Of a stretch of DNA of 64,000 nucleotides, positions 25,532-34,196 are shown piece by piece. The stretch spans positions 9,332 to 73,331 of the forward strand of contig JBGQLP010000004.1 in NCBI GenBank assembly GCA_041500125.1. Reading direction: 5' to 3'. Each line of letters starts with the position of its first letter. The first letter of the stretch is position 1. The position numbers were made by a program, and so were the translations under genes. Source of the DNA: Gemmatimonadota bacterium. GTDB taxonomy: Bacteria > Gemmatimonadota > Gemmatimonadetes > Gemmatimonadales > GWC2-71-9. The notes beneath the pieces were generated by a model. That model had not been told where the DNA came from. It saw only the letters and a program-made list of their open reading frames with translations, and did no database searches.

Positions 25532-26929
25532 TCACAATCCCGGCGGCCGCAGCCGGTGAAATCCAGTGCGCTCCTGATAGCGGATTCCGATCGCAAGCAG
25601 GGTCTCCTCCGACAGGGCCCGGCCGGTGAGCTGGAGGCTGGTCGGTAATCCTGCCTCTCCCACGCCGTTCATCAGAAAGAGTCCCGGCACCCCACAGAGA
25701 TTGGCCGCCCCCCCGATGCTGGCGCCGCCCGGGTGGTTGGGATACACCTTGTCGAACGCGCTGTCGAGGGGCCATGCGACGGTAGGAAGTGACGGAGCGG
25801 CGATGGCGTCGACTCGGCTCAGCAATCGATCCAGCGCCTCCGCGCCCAGCCGGCGGACCCGGAGCGCCCGGAGGTAGTCCTTGGCCAGGATCACCTGTCC
25901 AGGATAGCCGCCCAGCCGATCCTCCGGAGCGGTGAGCTCGGTGATGCGGCCGCTCTCGAATAGCGGCTCGAACGCGCTGGCAGCCTCCGCGTCGATGATG
26001 AGGCTGGCGGCCGGGTCGAAGGGGAGCTCGGGAAGCTCGAGATCCTCGATCAGATCGCCTTCCTCCCGCAAGATCTCGATCGAGGCCTCGAAGTTCCGCA
26101 ACACCTCCGGCTGAGTCTTGTCCCGGGTGCCACGAAGAATTCCCAGACGATATGTGCGGGAGCGACCCTTGCCCGGAGCCACGAACCTGGCCGCGATAGC
26201 GGTGGGATCCTGCGGGTCGGGTCCCGCAATCGCGGCAAGGATAAGCCCACAGTCATGGGCGGTGTGCGCCAGCGGACCCAGCTTGTCCATGGTCCAGCTC
26301 AGTGCCATGGCGCCATGGCGACTCACCCGGCCGTAGGTGGGCCGCAGTCCGGTCACGCCACAAAACGCCGCTGGAAACTGGATCGAGCCCCAGGTCTCCG
26401 ATCCAATGGCAAACGGCACCAGCCCGGCCCCCACCGCCGACCCGGGCCCACTGGAAGAGCCGCCCGACCATCGCGCCGTATTCCAGGGAGACTTGCCCGG
26501 ACCGGTGAAGCTGGCAAACGCCTGGTTGTATCCCATCCCGCCCGCGAGCTCGACCATGCTCAGCTTGGCACACAGCACGGCCCCGGCCTGCCGAAGCCGG
26601 TGAACCACCGTGGCATCGCCCTGGAGCATCTGGTTGCGATACGGCTGCGCCCCCCAGGTGGTGGGTGCGCCCTGGGTCGCGAGCAGATCCTTGACGCCGT
26701 ACGGAATGCCGTGCAGGGGGCCGCGAATCTTGCCGCCGTGCATCTCGCGGTCGCGCTGGCCCGCCTCAGCCAACGCCGACTGCCGGAGCACCGTGACCAC
26801 CGCGTTGTACCGAGGACCGAGCAGCTCCAGCCGCTCGAGAAAATGACGGGTCAGCTCGGTGGCGGAGACGCGCCCGGAGCGCAACAGCGCACCGAGCTCC
26901 GATATTGATAGGAATGAGGGATCGGTCAC
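25532..26929 (-). CDS. Amidase signature (AS) family amidase, no signal peptide
   Basis: 465 aa. Catalytic Lys in GIPYGVKDLL and Ser-cisSer in GGSSSGPGSAVGAG. GatA-like fold. ATGA overlap with the upstream small gene. Confidence 0.9.
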   Translation of the reverse strand: MTDPSFLSISELGALLRSGRVSATELTRHFLERLELLGPRYNAVVTVLRQSALAEAGQRDREMHGGKIRGPLHGIPYGVKDLLATQGAPTTWGAQPYRNQMLQGDATVVHRLRQAGAVLCAKLSMVELAGGMGYNQAFASFTGPGKSPWNTARWSGGSSSGPGSAVGAGLVPFAIGSETWGSIQFPAAFCGVTGLRPTYGRVSRHGAMALSWTMDKLGPLAHTAHDCGLILAAIAGPDPQDPTAIAARFVAPGKGRSRTYRLGILRGTRDKTQPEVLRNFEASIEILREEGDLIEDLELPELPFDPAASLIIDAEAASAFEPLFESGRITELTAPEDRLGGYPGQVILAKDYLRALRVRRLGAEALDRLLSRVDAIAAPSLPTVAWPLDSAFDKVYPNHPGGASIGGAANLCGVPGLFLMNGVGEAGLPTSLQLTGRALSEETLLAIGIRYQERTGFHRLRPPGL

Positions 26930-27258
26930 GGACGCGGGGTCCGGCGGGGAGCCATGAGGAGAAAGTCGGGCTCATCCCCATTGGTCAGCTCCACCTTCTT
27001 GAGCTGGTCCACCCGCTCCAGTCCGGACTGAATCTGGCGGGCAATGCCGGCGAGATCTTCCGACGACAGCCGCGACCCGTACTGAGCCCGAATCACCTCG
27101 GTCAGAGACTTGGCGAGCGCACCGGGGTCTGCTCTGACTGCTTCGGCTCCGCCGGTCCAGAGAGGCAGGCGGATGGACTCCGGTGGCGAGCCGATCAGAG
27201 GAGCAAGCGCCGCCGCAGCGAGCGATTCGGCGAAGGCGCGGCGGGAGATATCGCTCAT
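26926..27258 (-). CDS. Small protein with twin-arginine signal and GatC-like C-terminus
   Basis: 110 aa. MSDISRRAFAESLAAAALAPLIG (SRRxF plus h-region). C-terminal LSSEDLAGIARQIQSGLERVDQLKKVELTNGDEPDF resembles GatC/AtzG-type amidase partner subunits. Start and stop codons overlap both neighbouring genes. Confidence 0.6.
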   Translation of the reverse strand: MSDISRRAFAESLAAAALAPLIGSPPESIRLPLWTGGAEAVRADPGALAKSLTEVIRAQYGSRLSSEDLAGIARQIQSGLERVDQLKKVELTNGDEPDFLLMAPRRTPRP

Positions 27259-29198
27259 GAAATGGTCTCGCCCTGCCCCGCCGACCCGGCGCGGCCTTGC
27301 CGATGGTAGAGGTACGCCAGCAGCAGAAAGACCAGACCGAGAATGAAGACGGAGCCCACCCGATAGAGCGCGTCGAGCGACGAAAGGTCGAAGACGAGGA
27401 CCTTCACCACAGCGAGTCCGGCCACCCCGAGTCCGGCAACCCGGGCCGGCTTGAGCTCACGGCGGAAGCCCACCACGACGAGCGCGGCCGCGAACACCAG
27501 CCACCAGGCGCTCACCGCCAGACCCGCGGAAAGGCTGGCGGTCTGGGCCGAGAGGGACCGCAGCACGAAGTAGCGCTGGATCTCGCCGGTGACGCCGAAG
27601 AGCACCATCGCACCGGCCACCACCCACAGGATGGCCTGCACCACGGGGCCAGGACCGGATTCCGAGGTCACCTTCCAGAGTTTTCCAGCCAACGCGACGG
27701 TCACCGCTGCCGCGCCCCAGAGCGCCAGCGCCCAGGATCCCACGAAGGCGGGATCGGCGGGCGTCCGCTGCGCGACCGCGCCGGTGAAGAGCTGGTCGAG
27801 GGCGGCCCACAGCGTGGCGACCGCGTACCAGCGGCCATCCTCTCGATTGAGCCGGTGATCGAGCGCCGCCCAGAGCACGGCGAGCGCCAGCAGCGCCCAC
27901 ACCCGTTCGATGCCGTCCCAGTGCCGCCACACGGCAATGCCCAGCGCGGCCGCCGCGACGACCGCGAAGATCGGGCGGGGCCGCTGGTATCCCGCAATCA
28001 GGTACGGCACGGCCACGATCAGCGAAACCATGCCCTCATGCCCGTCGAACCATGGCGGCGCCAGGCCATGCACCGCCCATCCGAGCAGAAATGGCGTCAA
28101 GAAAAAGTAGACCGCCTCACCCAGGGACCAAGTCGGCACACTGGAATTCGGCAGTCGGAAGATCGGCAGGGTCAAATCGGAGCGCAGCGCGAACCACCAG
28201 ACCGGCGCGGCCAGCACGATCCCGCCGAGCAGGACGGCCCAGGGGCTTCCGAGCTGGTGACTAGCGGCGCTCACGAAAGTCCAGCCACCGGCAAACGACA
28301 GGAACCTGGTCTCCGGCCAGCGCTCCCGGAGGCCGACGTGGATGCCGGCACTCCCCCCGAGCACGCCGTACAGCAGAACCCCCCAGGCGGAGCCACGGTC
28401 CGCCGCGCCGACGTAGGCCACGCCGAAGAAGCTCAGCGCGACGATGAACATGGCCAGGCGCCAGCGGCGGCGTGCGGCCACGAAGCCGAGCCCAGCGGCC
28501 ATGCACGCGAGGTAGAGAAGAAGCAGATCGGCGTCGGCCTGGTTCCGGCCCAGCAGCAGCGGAGCGAAGAACGCGCCCAGGGCTGCCGTGGTCCCCAGCG
28601 CCTCGACGTCGATGGCATAGGCGATCATTGCCAGGGCGACGGAGACCAACGCCAATCCGATGATGCCGGTGGTGGGCGGCAGGACCCCGTACAAGCGCGC
28701 CGCGGCCCAGACACTCAGATAGATGATGGCGGCGCCGCAGCCGATCAGGGCCGCGCCATAAGTGCGGTAGCGCGGATGGAGCCGCCAGCCGACCGCTCCC
28801 ACGATGAAGCCGGAGATGGCTCCGCCGATACAGCGCATCAGGGGTGAGATCCAGCCCCGATCGAACGACAGCCGGAGGAGATAGCCGGCGGCGAGGATGA
28901 GGGCGATCACGCCGACAGCCAGGAGGACGCGCTGGCCGATCCATTGTTCGGAGGAGAGAAGCGGGGCCGCGGGGCGGAGGGGCGGCGGGGCAGATGTGGG
29001 CGGAGCGACGGAACGGGGTGGCGGGGCAGGTGACGACGGAATTGGCGTTGCTGTTTGCGTCACCGCTCCCCGGCTTTCCTGCGGCGCCGCATGCTGCCCC
29101 ACCACCCCGCTGCCCCGCTGCCCCACCAGCGCCCCCACCAATTCCTCGAGCTGGGTCACGCGCCTCTCAAGGCGCTCGATCCGGGCGTCCTCGCTCAT
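27255..29198 (-). CDS. DUF2339-like polytopic membrane protein
   Basis: 647 aa. N-terminal coiled coil (RIERLERRVTQLEELV), Pro-rich linker, then roughly 18 hydrophobic segments. This architecture is typical of DUF2339. Confidence 0.75.
   Translation of the reverse strand: MSEDARIERLERRVTQLEELVGALVGQRGSGVVGQHAAPQESRGAVTQTATPIPSSPAPPPRSVAPPTSAPPPLRPAAPLLSSEQWIGQRVLLAVGVIALILAAGYLLRLSFDRGWISPLMRCIGGAISGFIVGAVGWRLHPRYRTYGAALIGCGAAIIYLSVWAAARLYGVLPPTTGIIGLALVSVALAMIAYAIDVEALGTTAALGAFFAPLLLGRNQADADLLLLYLACMAAGLGFVAARRRWRLAMFIVALSFFGVAYVGAADRGSAWGVLLYGVLGGSAGIHVGLRERWPETRFLSFAGGWTFVSAASHQLGSPWAVLLGGIVLAAPVWWFALRSDLTLPIFRLPNSSVPTWSLGEAVYFFLTPFLLGWAVHGLAPPWFDGHEGMVSLIVAVPYLIAGYQRPRPIFAVVAAAALGIAVWRHWDGIERVWALLALAVLWAALDHRLNREDGRWYAVATLWAALDQLFTGAVAQRTPADPAFVGSWALALWGAAAVTVALAGKLWKVTSESGPGPVVQAILWVVAGAMVLFGVTGEIQRYFVLRSLSAQTASLSAGLAVSAWWLVFAAALVVVGFRRELKPARVAGLGVAGLAVVKVLVFDLSSLDALYRVGSVFILGLVFLLLAYLYHRQGRAGSAGQGETIS
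28971..29126. repeat. Family B-like GGGGCAG-arm element embedded in-frame in the DUF2339 gene
   Basis: Plus-strand G-rich arm 28971-29030 (GCGGGGCCGCGGGGCGGAGGGGCGGCGGGGCAG...GGTGGCGGGGCAGG). Core with CTGTTTGCGTCACC. C-rich arm 29093-29126 (CTGCCCCACCACCCCGCTGCCCCGCTGCCCCACC). Same polarity as the intergenic copies. Confidence 0.45.
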
Positions 29199-30424
29199 CA
29201 GGCTTCAGCTCCTTCCGCCGCCGGCTTGGCGACTCTGGGATGCACGTCCACCTGGAACGCCATGATGCCTACCAGCGCCACAACGCCGCCCGCCACGTAA
29301 AAGGGCCAGCCATGGCCCAGCCGCTGGAAAGTGATGGTCGCGAGGATGGGGGCCAGCACCCGGGCCAGACCAGCGAAGGTCTGGGCCACGCCCATGGTGG
29401 TTCCCAATTCTCCCGGCTCAGAATATCGCGACATCAGCGAGGTCGTGGCCGGAAACAGGAGTGCCGTACCGATGGGTACCAGCGGAATGACGACTGCGAG
29501 TGTCCAGAGATCGCGAGGAAGCGGATATAAAGCAAGCCCGAGTACCAGAAGAACGGTGCCGATGCGCATCGCCCAGGTCTCGCCGATCTGATCCACGATC
29601 GGGCCCAGCAGCAGGCTTCGCATGACGAAGGAAAGGACCCCGACGTAGAGAAAGATGTACCCGATGCTCTTCTCGTCGATCCCGAACTCGGCCCCCAGGT
29701 AAAGGGCGAGGACTGACGTCATGGACGCGAATGCGATCATGCCAACGCCATAGATCCACAGCAGCCTGGCGATGGGTGTACCCGGATGCCGCAATGCCAT
29801 CCAGGCCGGATGCCAGATCGGCTTCCGGCCTCTGGCCGGCAAGGCGCTGGGCTCCGTATGCGACTCGGGCAGCCATTTCCAGGCAAAGAAGACATTGATG
29901 AGGCACAGCGCCGCGGCGATCATCCCCGGAGCCGCCTGACCGAAGTGGGCCGCAAACGATCCGATCGCTGGTCCCAACATGACGCCGGCGGACGTCGCGG
30001 CCGAGAGCCAACCGAGCGCCCGGGCTCGATCGGCCGGGTCGACGGTATCGGCCACATACGCCTGGGCCACCCCCGTGGTTCCTCCGCCCGCGCCCTGCAC
30101 CAGGCGGGAGACAAAGAGCAGCCAGACCGAGTGGGCCAGTCCGAACACGACGTACGCCGCGGCCGACGCGCTCAGTCCGATCAGCAGCGCAGGCCGCCGG
30201 CCATAGCGGTCGGACACCCGTCCCCAGATGGGTGCGGACACCAACTGCGCCACGGAAAATGATGCGATGAGCCGCCCGATGGTCTCGGGCGTGGCATGGA
30301 GTTTCAGCGCGTAGAACGGAAGCAGTGGCAGCACGATCATGAACCCGATCATGTCCACGAAATTCACGGCGATCAACACGGCGAGCCGGCGGAACTGACC
30401 GCCCGTACGACGAGCCTCGCTCAT
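29198..30424 (-). CDS. MFS transporter
   Basis: 408 aa, about 12 TMs. MFS signature GRVSDRYGRRPALL between TM2 and TM3. Confidence 0.85.
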   Translation of the reverse strand: MSEARRTGGQFRRLAVLIAVNFVDMIGFMIVLPLLPFYALKLHATPETIGRLIASFSVAQLVSAPIWGRVSDRYGRRPALLIGLSASAAAYVVFGLAHSVWLLFVSRLVQGAGGGTTGVAQAYVADTVDPADRARALGWLSAATSAGVMLGPAIGSFAAHFGQAAPGMIAAALCLINVFFAWKWLPESHTEPSALPARGRKPIWHPAWMALRHPGTPIARLLWIYGVGMIAFASMTSVLALYLGAEFGIDEKSIGYIFLYVGVLSFVMRSLLLGPIVDQIGETWAMRIGTVLLVLGLALYPLPRDLWTLAVVIPLVPIGTALLFPATTSLMSRYSEPGELGTTMGVAQTFAGLARVLAPILATITFQRLGHGWPFYVAGGVVALVGIMAFQVDVHPRVAKPAAEGAEA

Positions 30425-32079
30425 CCGGCGTTCCTTCGCTCGGCACCGACGGCAAACACCGCCGCGCTCACCGCCATCAGCACGACCCCATACGCCGCCG
30501 CCACGCCGACGTCGGACTGCCGGAGGCTGGACAGAATCTCCATCGAGATCGGCCTGGTGTCATAGGTATAGAGCATGACGGAAGTCACGAAATCGCCGAA
30601 GGCGGTCACAAAGGCCAGGCTCGCTCCCGCAACCAGCGCGGGCCGGAGGAGGGGAAGCGTCACCCGCCGGAGCGTGCGCCAGCGTCCGGCTCCCAGCGTT
30701 GCGGCGGCTTCGTCGAGCGAAGGATCCAGCGCCCGGAATCCGGCGAGCACAGCCCGGCTGGTGATCGGCAGATTCCTTACGAGATAGGCCAGGGGAAGGA
30801 TCCAGAGCGTTCCCACCAGGATGAACCGCCCGGCCAGGGGCGCATGAACGCTGAATGCGGTTGCCAGGGCGATGGCAAACACGGTACCCGGGACCGCCCA
30901 GGGGAGAGCGAGCAGCCCCTGAATGGCACCTCCAACCCGCTCCCGGCGGCGAACCGATACGATACCGGCGACCACCGCGATGAGCACCGCGGCAATCGTG
31001 GCGGCGCTGGCCAGCCAGAGACTGTTGAGCAGCGGGCGGGCTCGCACCGGGTCTTGGATCAGGGTGAGATAGTTGCGCCAGGTGTACGCCGGAGGTACCG
31101 GCTCAGTGGTCCAGGTTCCGGCCGGCACAAAAGAAACCAGCAGCAGGGTGAGATGGGGAAGCAGAAGCACCAGGGCCAGACTCCACCCTACCACGGCAAT
31201 GGTCACGCGCACGGCGGGGCGCCGAATGGGCACCAGCGCCGGAGCCACGCCCTTCCGTCCTCCTGCCGGGCTCTCCACCACCCGGGATCCCCGCAGCAAC
31301 CAGAGGGATGCGAGCGCTACGAGCGTGAGGGAGACGGTTTCAATCATCGCGAGCTGGTCGTCGCCATTCAGCCGGGTGGCCACGATCTGAGTGGTCATGA
31401 CGCGGAAGCCGCCGCCGAAGATGTAAGGAGCGCTGAACGAGGCGAGCGCGGTCATGAAGGTGAGGAGGGCGCCCGCTCCGAGCGAAGGATACAAGAGCGG
31501 GAGCACCACCCGCCGGAGCGTCCGTATGCGACCCGCGCCGAGGCTGGCGGCGGCCTCGAACACGGCGGCGTCGAGCGAAGCCAGCCCGGCGCGGGTGAAG
31601 AGATAGAAATACACGTACATCGAATAAGCGTGTACCAGGAGGATGGCACCGGCGCCCTGCAGCCGCCACGGCGGCTGCTCGAGGCCGAGGAGCCGTTGAA
31701 CCAGCAGCGACGCGAAACCGCTCTCGCCGTAGAGAAACAGAAAGGCGATCACCCCGACCAGCGGCGGGAGCACCGCGGGAAGTGCGACCAGGGCCCCCAG
31801 GATCCTGCGGCCGGCAAAGTCGTAGCGCCAGAACAGGAAGGCGAGGGGAATACCGATGGCGCCGGCCAGCGCCACGGTGGCCAACGAGATCCACAGACTG
31901 CCCCAGAGCGCGTAGGCCTCGTTGCGCCGGTGCAAGAAGAGCCGAACGAAGTCGAGGGTCCATCCCTCGGGGCCGCGAAAGCCGCCTACCAGGACGAGGA
32001 CGAGAGGGTAGACGATGAGCCACACCAGGAGCACGAGGAGCGCCCCGCCCAACCATCCAACCCGCCGGCCGCGGATCAT
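30421..32079 (-). CDS. ABC transporter permease, fused two-domain type (iron(III)/thiamine-class)
   Basis: ORF 30421..32367 trimmed to ATG 32079 (ATGA overlap with the ATPase stop). Two MetI-like halves, each with an EAA-type loop (FEAAASLGAGRIRTLRRVVLP and DEAAATLGAGRWRTLRRVTLP). Confidence 0.85.
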   Translation of the reverse strand: MIRGRRVGWLGGALLVLLVWLIVYPLVLVLVGGFRGPEGWTLDFVRLFLHRRNEAYALWGSLWISLATVALAGAIGIPLAFLFWRYDFAGRRILGALVALPAVLPPLVGVIAFLFLYGESGFASLLVQRLLGLEQPPWRLQGAGAILLVHAYSMYVYFYLFTRAGLASLDAAVFEAAASLGAGRIRTLRRVVLPLLYPSLGAGALLTFMTALASFSAPYIFGGGFRVMTTQIVATRLNGDDQLAMIETVSLTLVALASLWLLRGSRVVESPAGGRKGVAPALVPIRRPAVRVTIAVVGWSLALVLLLPHLTLLLVSFVPAGTWTTEPVPPAYTWRNYLTLIQDPVRARPLLNSLWLASAATIAAVLIAVVAGIVSVRRRERVGGAIQGLLALPWAVPGTVFAIALATAFSVHAPLAGRFILVGTLWILPLAYLVRNLPITSRAVLAGFRALDPSLDEAAATLGAGRWRTLRRVTLPLLRPALVAGASLAFVTAFGDFVTSVMLYTYDTRPISMEILSSLRQSDVGVAAAYGVVLMAVSAAVFAVGAERRNAG

Positions 32080-33146
32080 GCCGGGCGTCCGGGAAAGAGA
32101 TGGATACCACCGCCCGCTCTCCGGCTCGGCATCACCCCGACGCGGTCGCCGGCCTTTACCGATCGGGGTGGGCCGCTCACCTCCAGCGACGCGCCGCCAT
32201 CGGTCACTACGGTATAGAGACTGGCGGAACCGGTAAACCGACGTTCTACGACTCTCCCCATCAAGGCCCCGGGTGTGGGCGCCAACAGACGAAGCGCCTC
32301 TGGCCGGATCAGCATGAGCGCCGGACCCTGCAGCGGACTGGGCGTCACTCCCTCGGTGAGGTCCCATTCGACCCCCTCGACCGAGACGCGCATGCCGCGA
32401 TCACTCGGGCCCAGCACCGTCACTGGAATGCTGCTCGACCGCCCCACGAACTCCGCGACAAACTCGTTGGCGGGCGCGGCGTACAGATCCTCGGGCGTGC
32501 CAGCCTGCTCCAGCCGGCCGGCCCGAAGGACCGCGACACGATGACCGAGATCGAAGGCCTCGTCCTGCTCGTGGGTGACGAACACCGTCGTGATTCCCAC
32601 CCGGCGGATGAGCTCGCGAATCTCCCGCCGGGTCCGTTCCCTGAGCGCGGGGTCGAGATTGGAGAGTGGCTCGTCCAGCAACAGGACCCGCGGCTCTGGG
32701 GCGAGCGCCCGGGCCAGTGCCACCCGCTGCTGCTGCCCGCCCGACAGCTGGCCGATCCGCCTGCGCTCGAAGCCGGCGAGGTCGACCAATGCCAGAGCCC
32801 GCGCCACTCGTCGCGCGAGCTCGTCGCCCCGCACACCCAGTGACTCCAGGCCAAAGGCCACATTCTCTCCCACATCGAGGTGGGGGAACAAGGCATAGTG
32901 TTGGAAGACCATGCCGAAGCGGCGGGCCACCGGCTCGACGCCGGTCACATCGTCCCCCTCCACCCAGACCCGGCCTTCGTCCGGAATCTCGAAACCGGCG
33001 AGCAGTCGCAAGGTTGTCGTCTTGCCGCTGCCGCTGGGCCCCAGCAACGCGAGCATTTCCCCTCTTTCGATCGAGAGGGAGAGGTCATCGACCGCGGTGA
33101 TGCCGTCGAAGCGTTTGGTCAGGTTTTCCAGGCGGAGGAAGGTCAA
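32076..33146 (-). CDS. ABC transporter ATP-binding protein (FbpC/PotA-like with C-terminal TOBE-like domain)
   Basis: Walker A GPSGSGKTT, signature LSGGQQQRVALARAL, Walker B LLLDEP. TTG start. Confidence 0.9.
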   Translation of the reverse strand: MTFLRLENLTKRFDGITAVDDLSLSIERGEMLALLGPSGSGKTTTLRLLAGFEIPDEGRVWVEGDDVTGVEPVARRFGMVFQHYALFPHLDVGENVAFGLESLGVRGDELARRVARALALVDLAGFERRRIGQLSGGQQQRVALARALAPEPRVLLLDEPLSNLDPALRERTRREIRELIRRVGITTVFVTHEQDEAFDLGHRVAVLRAGRLEQAGTPEDLYAAPANEFVAEFVGRSSSIPVTVLGPSDRGMRVSVEGVEWDLTEGVTPSPLQGPALMLIRPEALRLLAPTPGALMGRVVERRFTGSASLYTVVTDGGASLEVSGPPRSVKAGDRVGVMPSRRAGGGIHLFPGRPA

Positions 33147-33167
33147 GGACGCTCGAGGAGCTAGAGT

Positions 33168-34196
33168 CTAAGGCCTACCAGTTCCGCGCACGTGCTGATC
33201 CCAGTAGCTCATCCATGCCGGTCCCAAGCGTGATAGGAGGTCCCAGTCCATGTCGGCGACCACCATCTCGCGCTCGACATTGGCCACCCAGGCTGGAACC
33301 GAGTCCAGTGGCAGATCGGTCCGGGCGGGGAGGCGGAACACTTCCCGTGCTGCCAGCAGCTGCGCTTCTCTGCTCCCGACGTAATCAATGAAGGCTCGGG
33401 CTGCTCCAGGGTGTCTGCTTCCCCGCACCAGCCCGATGGCATCATCGATCACAACGGTCCCGCTGCGAGGAAAGACGTAACCCAGCGGCATGCCTTTGGC
33501 CTGGCTAATGAGGATGTCCTGCAGGTCCCACAGACTCACCAGGCCCTCCTGCCGCGCGAGCTTCTCGTACAGGAGCGCCGGGCTGACGGTGTAGGTCTTC
33601 GTCTGAGCGTCGAGACGCCGCAGCCACTCCATCGCCCGGGTTGTGTCGCCGGTCTCCCGCAGGCTGCGCAGAATGATGAGACCCCAGATGGCCCGCATAG
33701 TTCCGCTCGCCATCGGGTCACGAATGATGACTTTGTCCTTCCAGCGAGGGGCGAGAACGTCGTCCCAATCCTGAGGTGCCTCGGCCCGCGGCACCGCGCG
33801 GCTGTTGAAGGCAATGACCGCCGGGGTTCGATACGCTGGGTAGTAGAACCCAGTCCGCCGTTCGGCGTTTGCGGCCAGGTGGTCGGCCCAGTCTGGACGG
33901 TACGGCTCGAGCACCGAGTCATGAACTCCGCGATCGAAGATGGTGGATGGTCCACCAAACCAGACATCGGCCTGCGGATTCACCCGTTCGAAGCGCAAGC
34001 GGTCCAGTATTTCCTGGGAGCCCATGTCGAGCCACCGCACGTCGATGTCCGGATGGCGCCGCTCGAAGGCATGCTCCAAGAGCTCCAACTGATCGCGACC
34101 ATGCGGCGAGTAGAGCACGAGGGGGGTGCGGGTGTCGTGAGTGCAAGCCGTCAGGAGGGCGAGGGCGGAGAGGACGGCGAGGACCCTCTCCGTCAT
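33168..34196 (-). CDS. ABC transporter periplasmic substrate-binding lipoprotein (family 1 SBP)
   Basis: 342 aa. Signal plus lipobox LLTAC. Iron(III)/thiamine/polyamine-type SBP features (VLYSPHG..., DVWFGG). ATGA overlap with the PIG-L gene stop. Confidence 0.8.
   Translation of the reverse strand: MTERVLAVLSALALLTACTHDTRTPLVLYSPHGRDQLELLEHAFERRHPDIDVRWLDMGSQEILDRLRFERVNPQADVWFGGPSTIFDRGVHDSVLEPYRPDWADHLAANAERRTGFYYPAYRTPAVIAFNSRAVPRAEAPQDWDDVLAPRWKDKVIIRDPMASGTMRAIWGLIILRSLRETGDTTRAMEWLRRLDAQTKTYTVSPALLYEKLARQEGLVSLWDLQDILISQAKGMPLGYVFPRSGTVVIDDAIGLVRGSRHPGAARAFIDYVGSREAQLLAAREVFRLPARTDLPLDSVPAWVANVEREMVVADMDWDLLSRLGPAWMSYWDQHVRGTGRP

Noticed and set aside
27297-28847. 516-aa plus-strand ORF
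   Set aside because: Antisense to the DUF2339 membrane protein. Highly charged Arg/Glu/Gly/Pro product with no fold signature. The minus frame gives regular TM segments.
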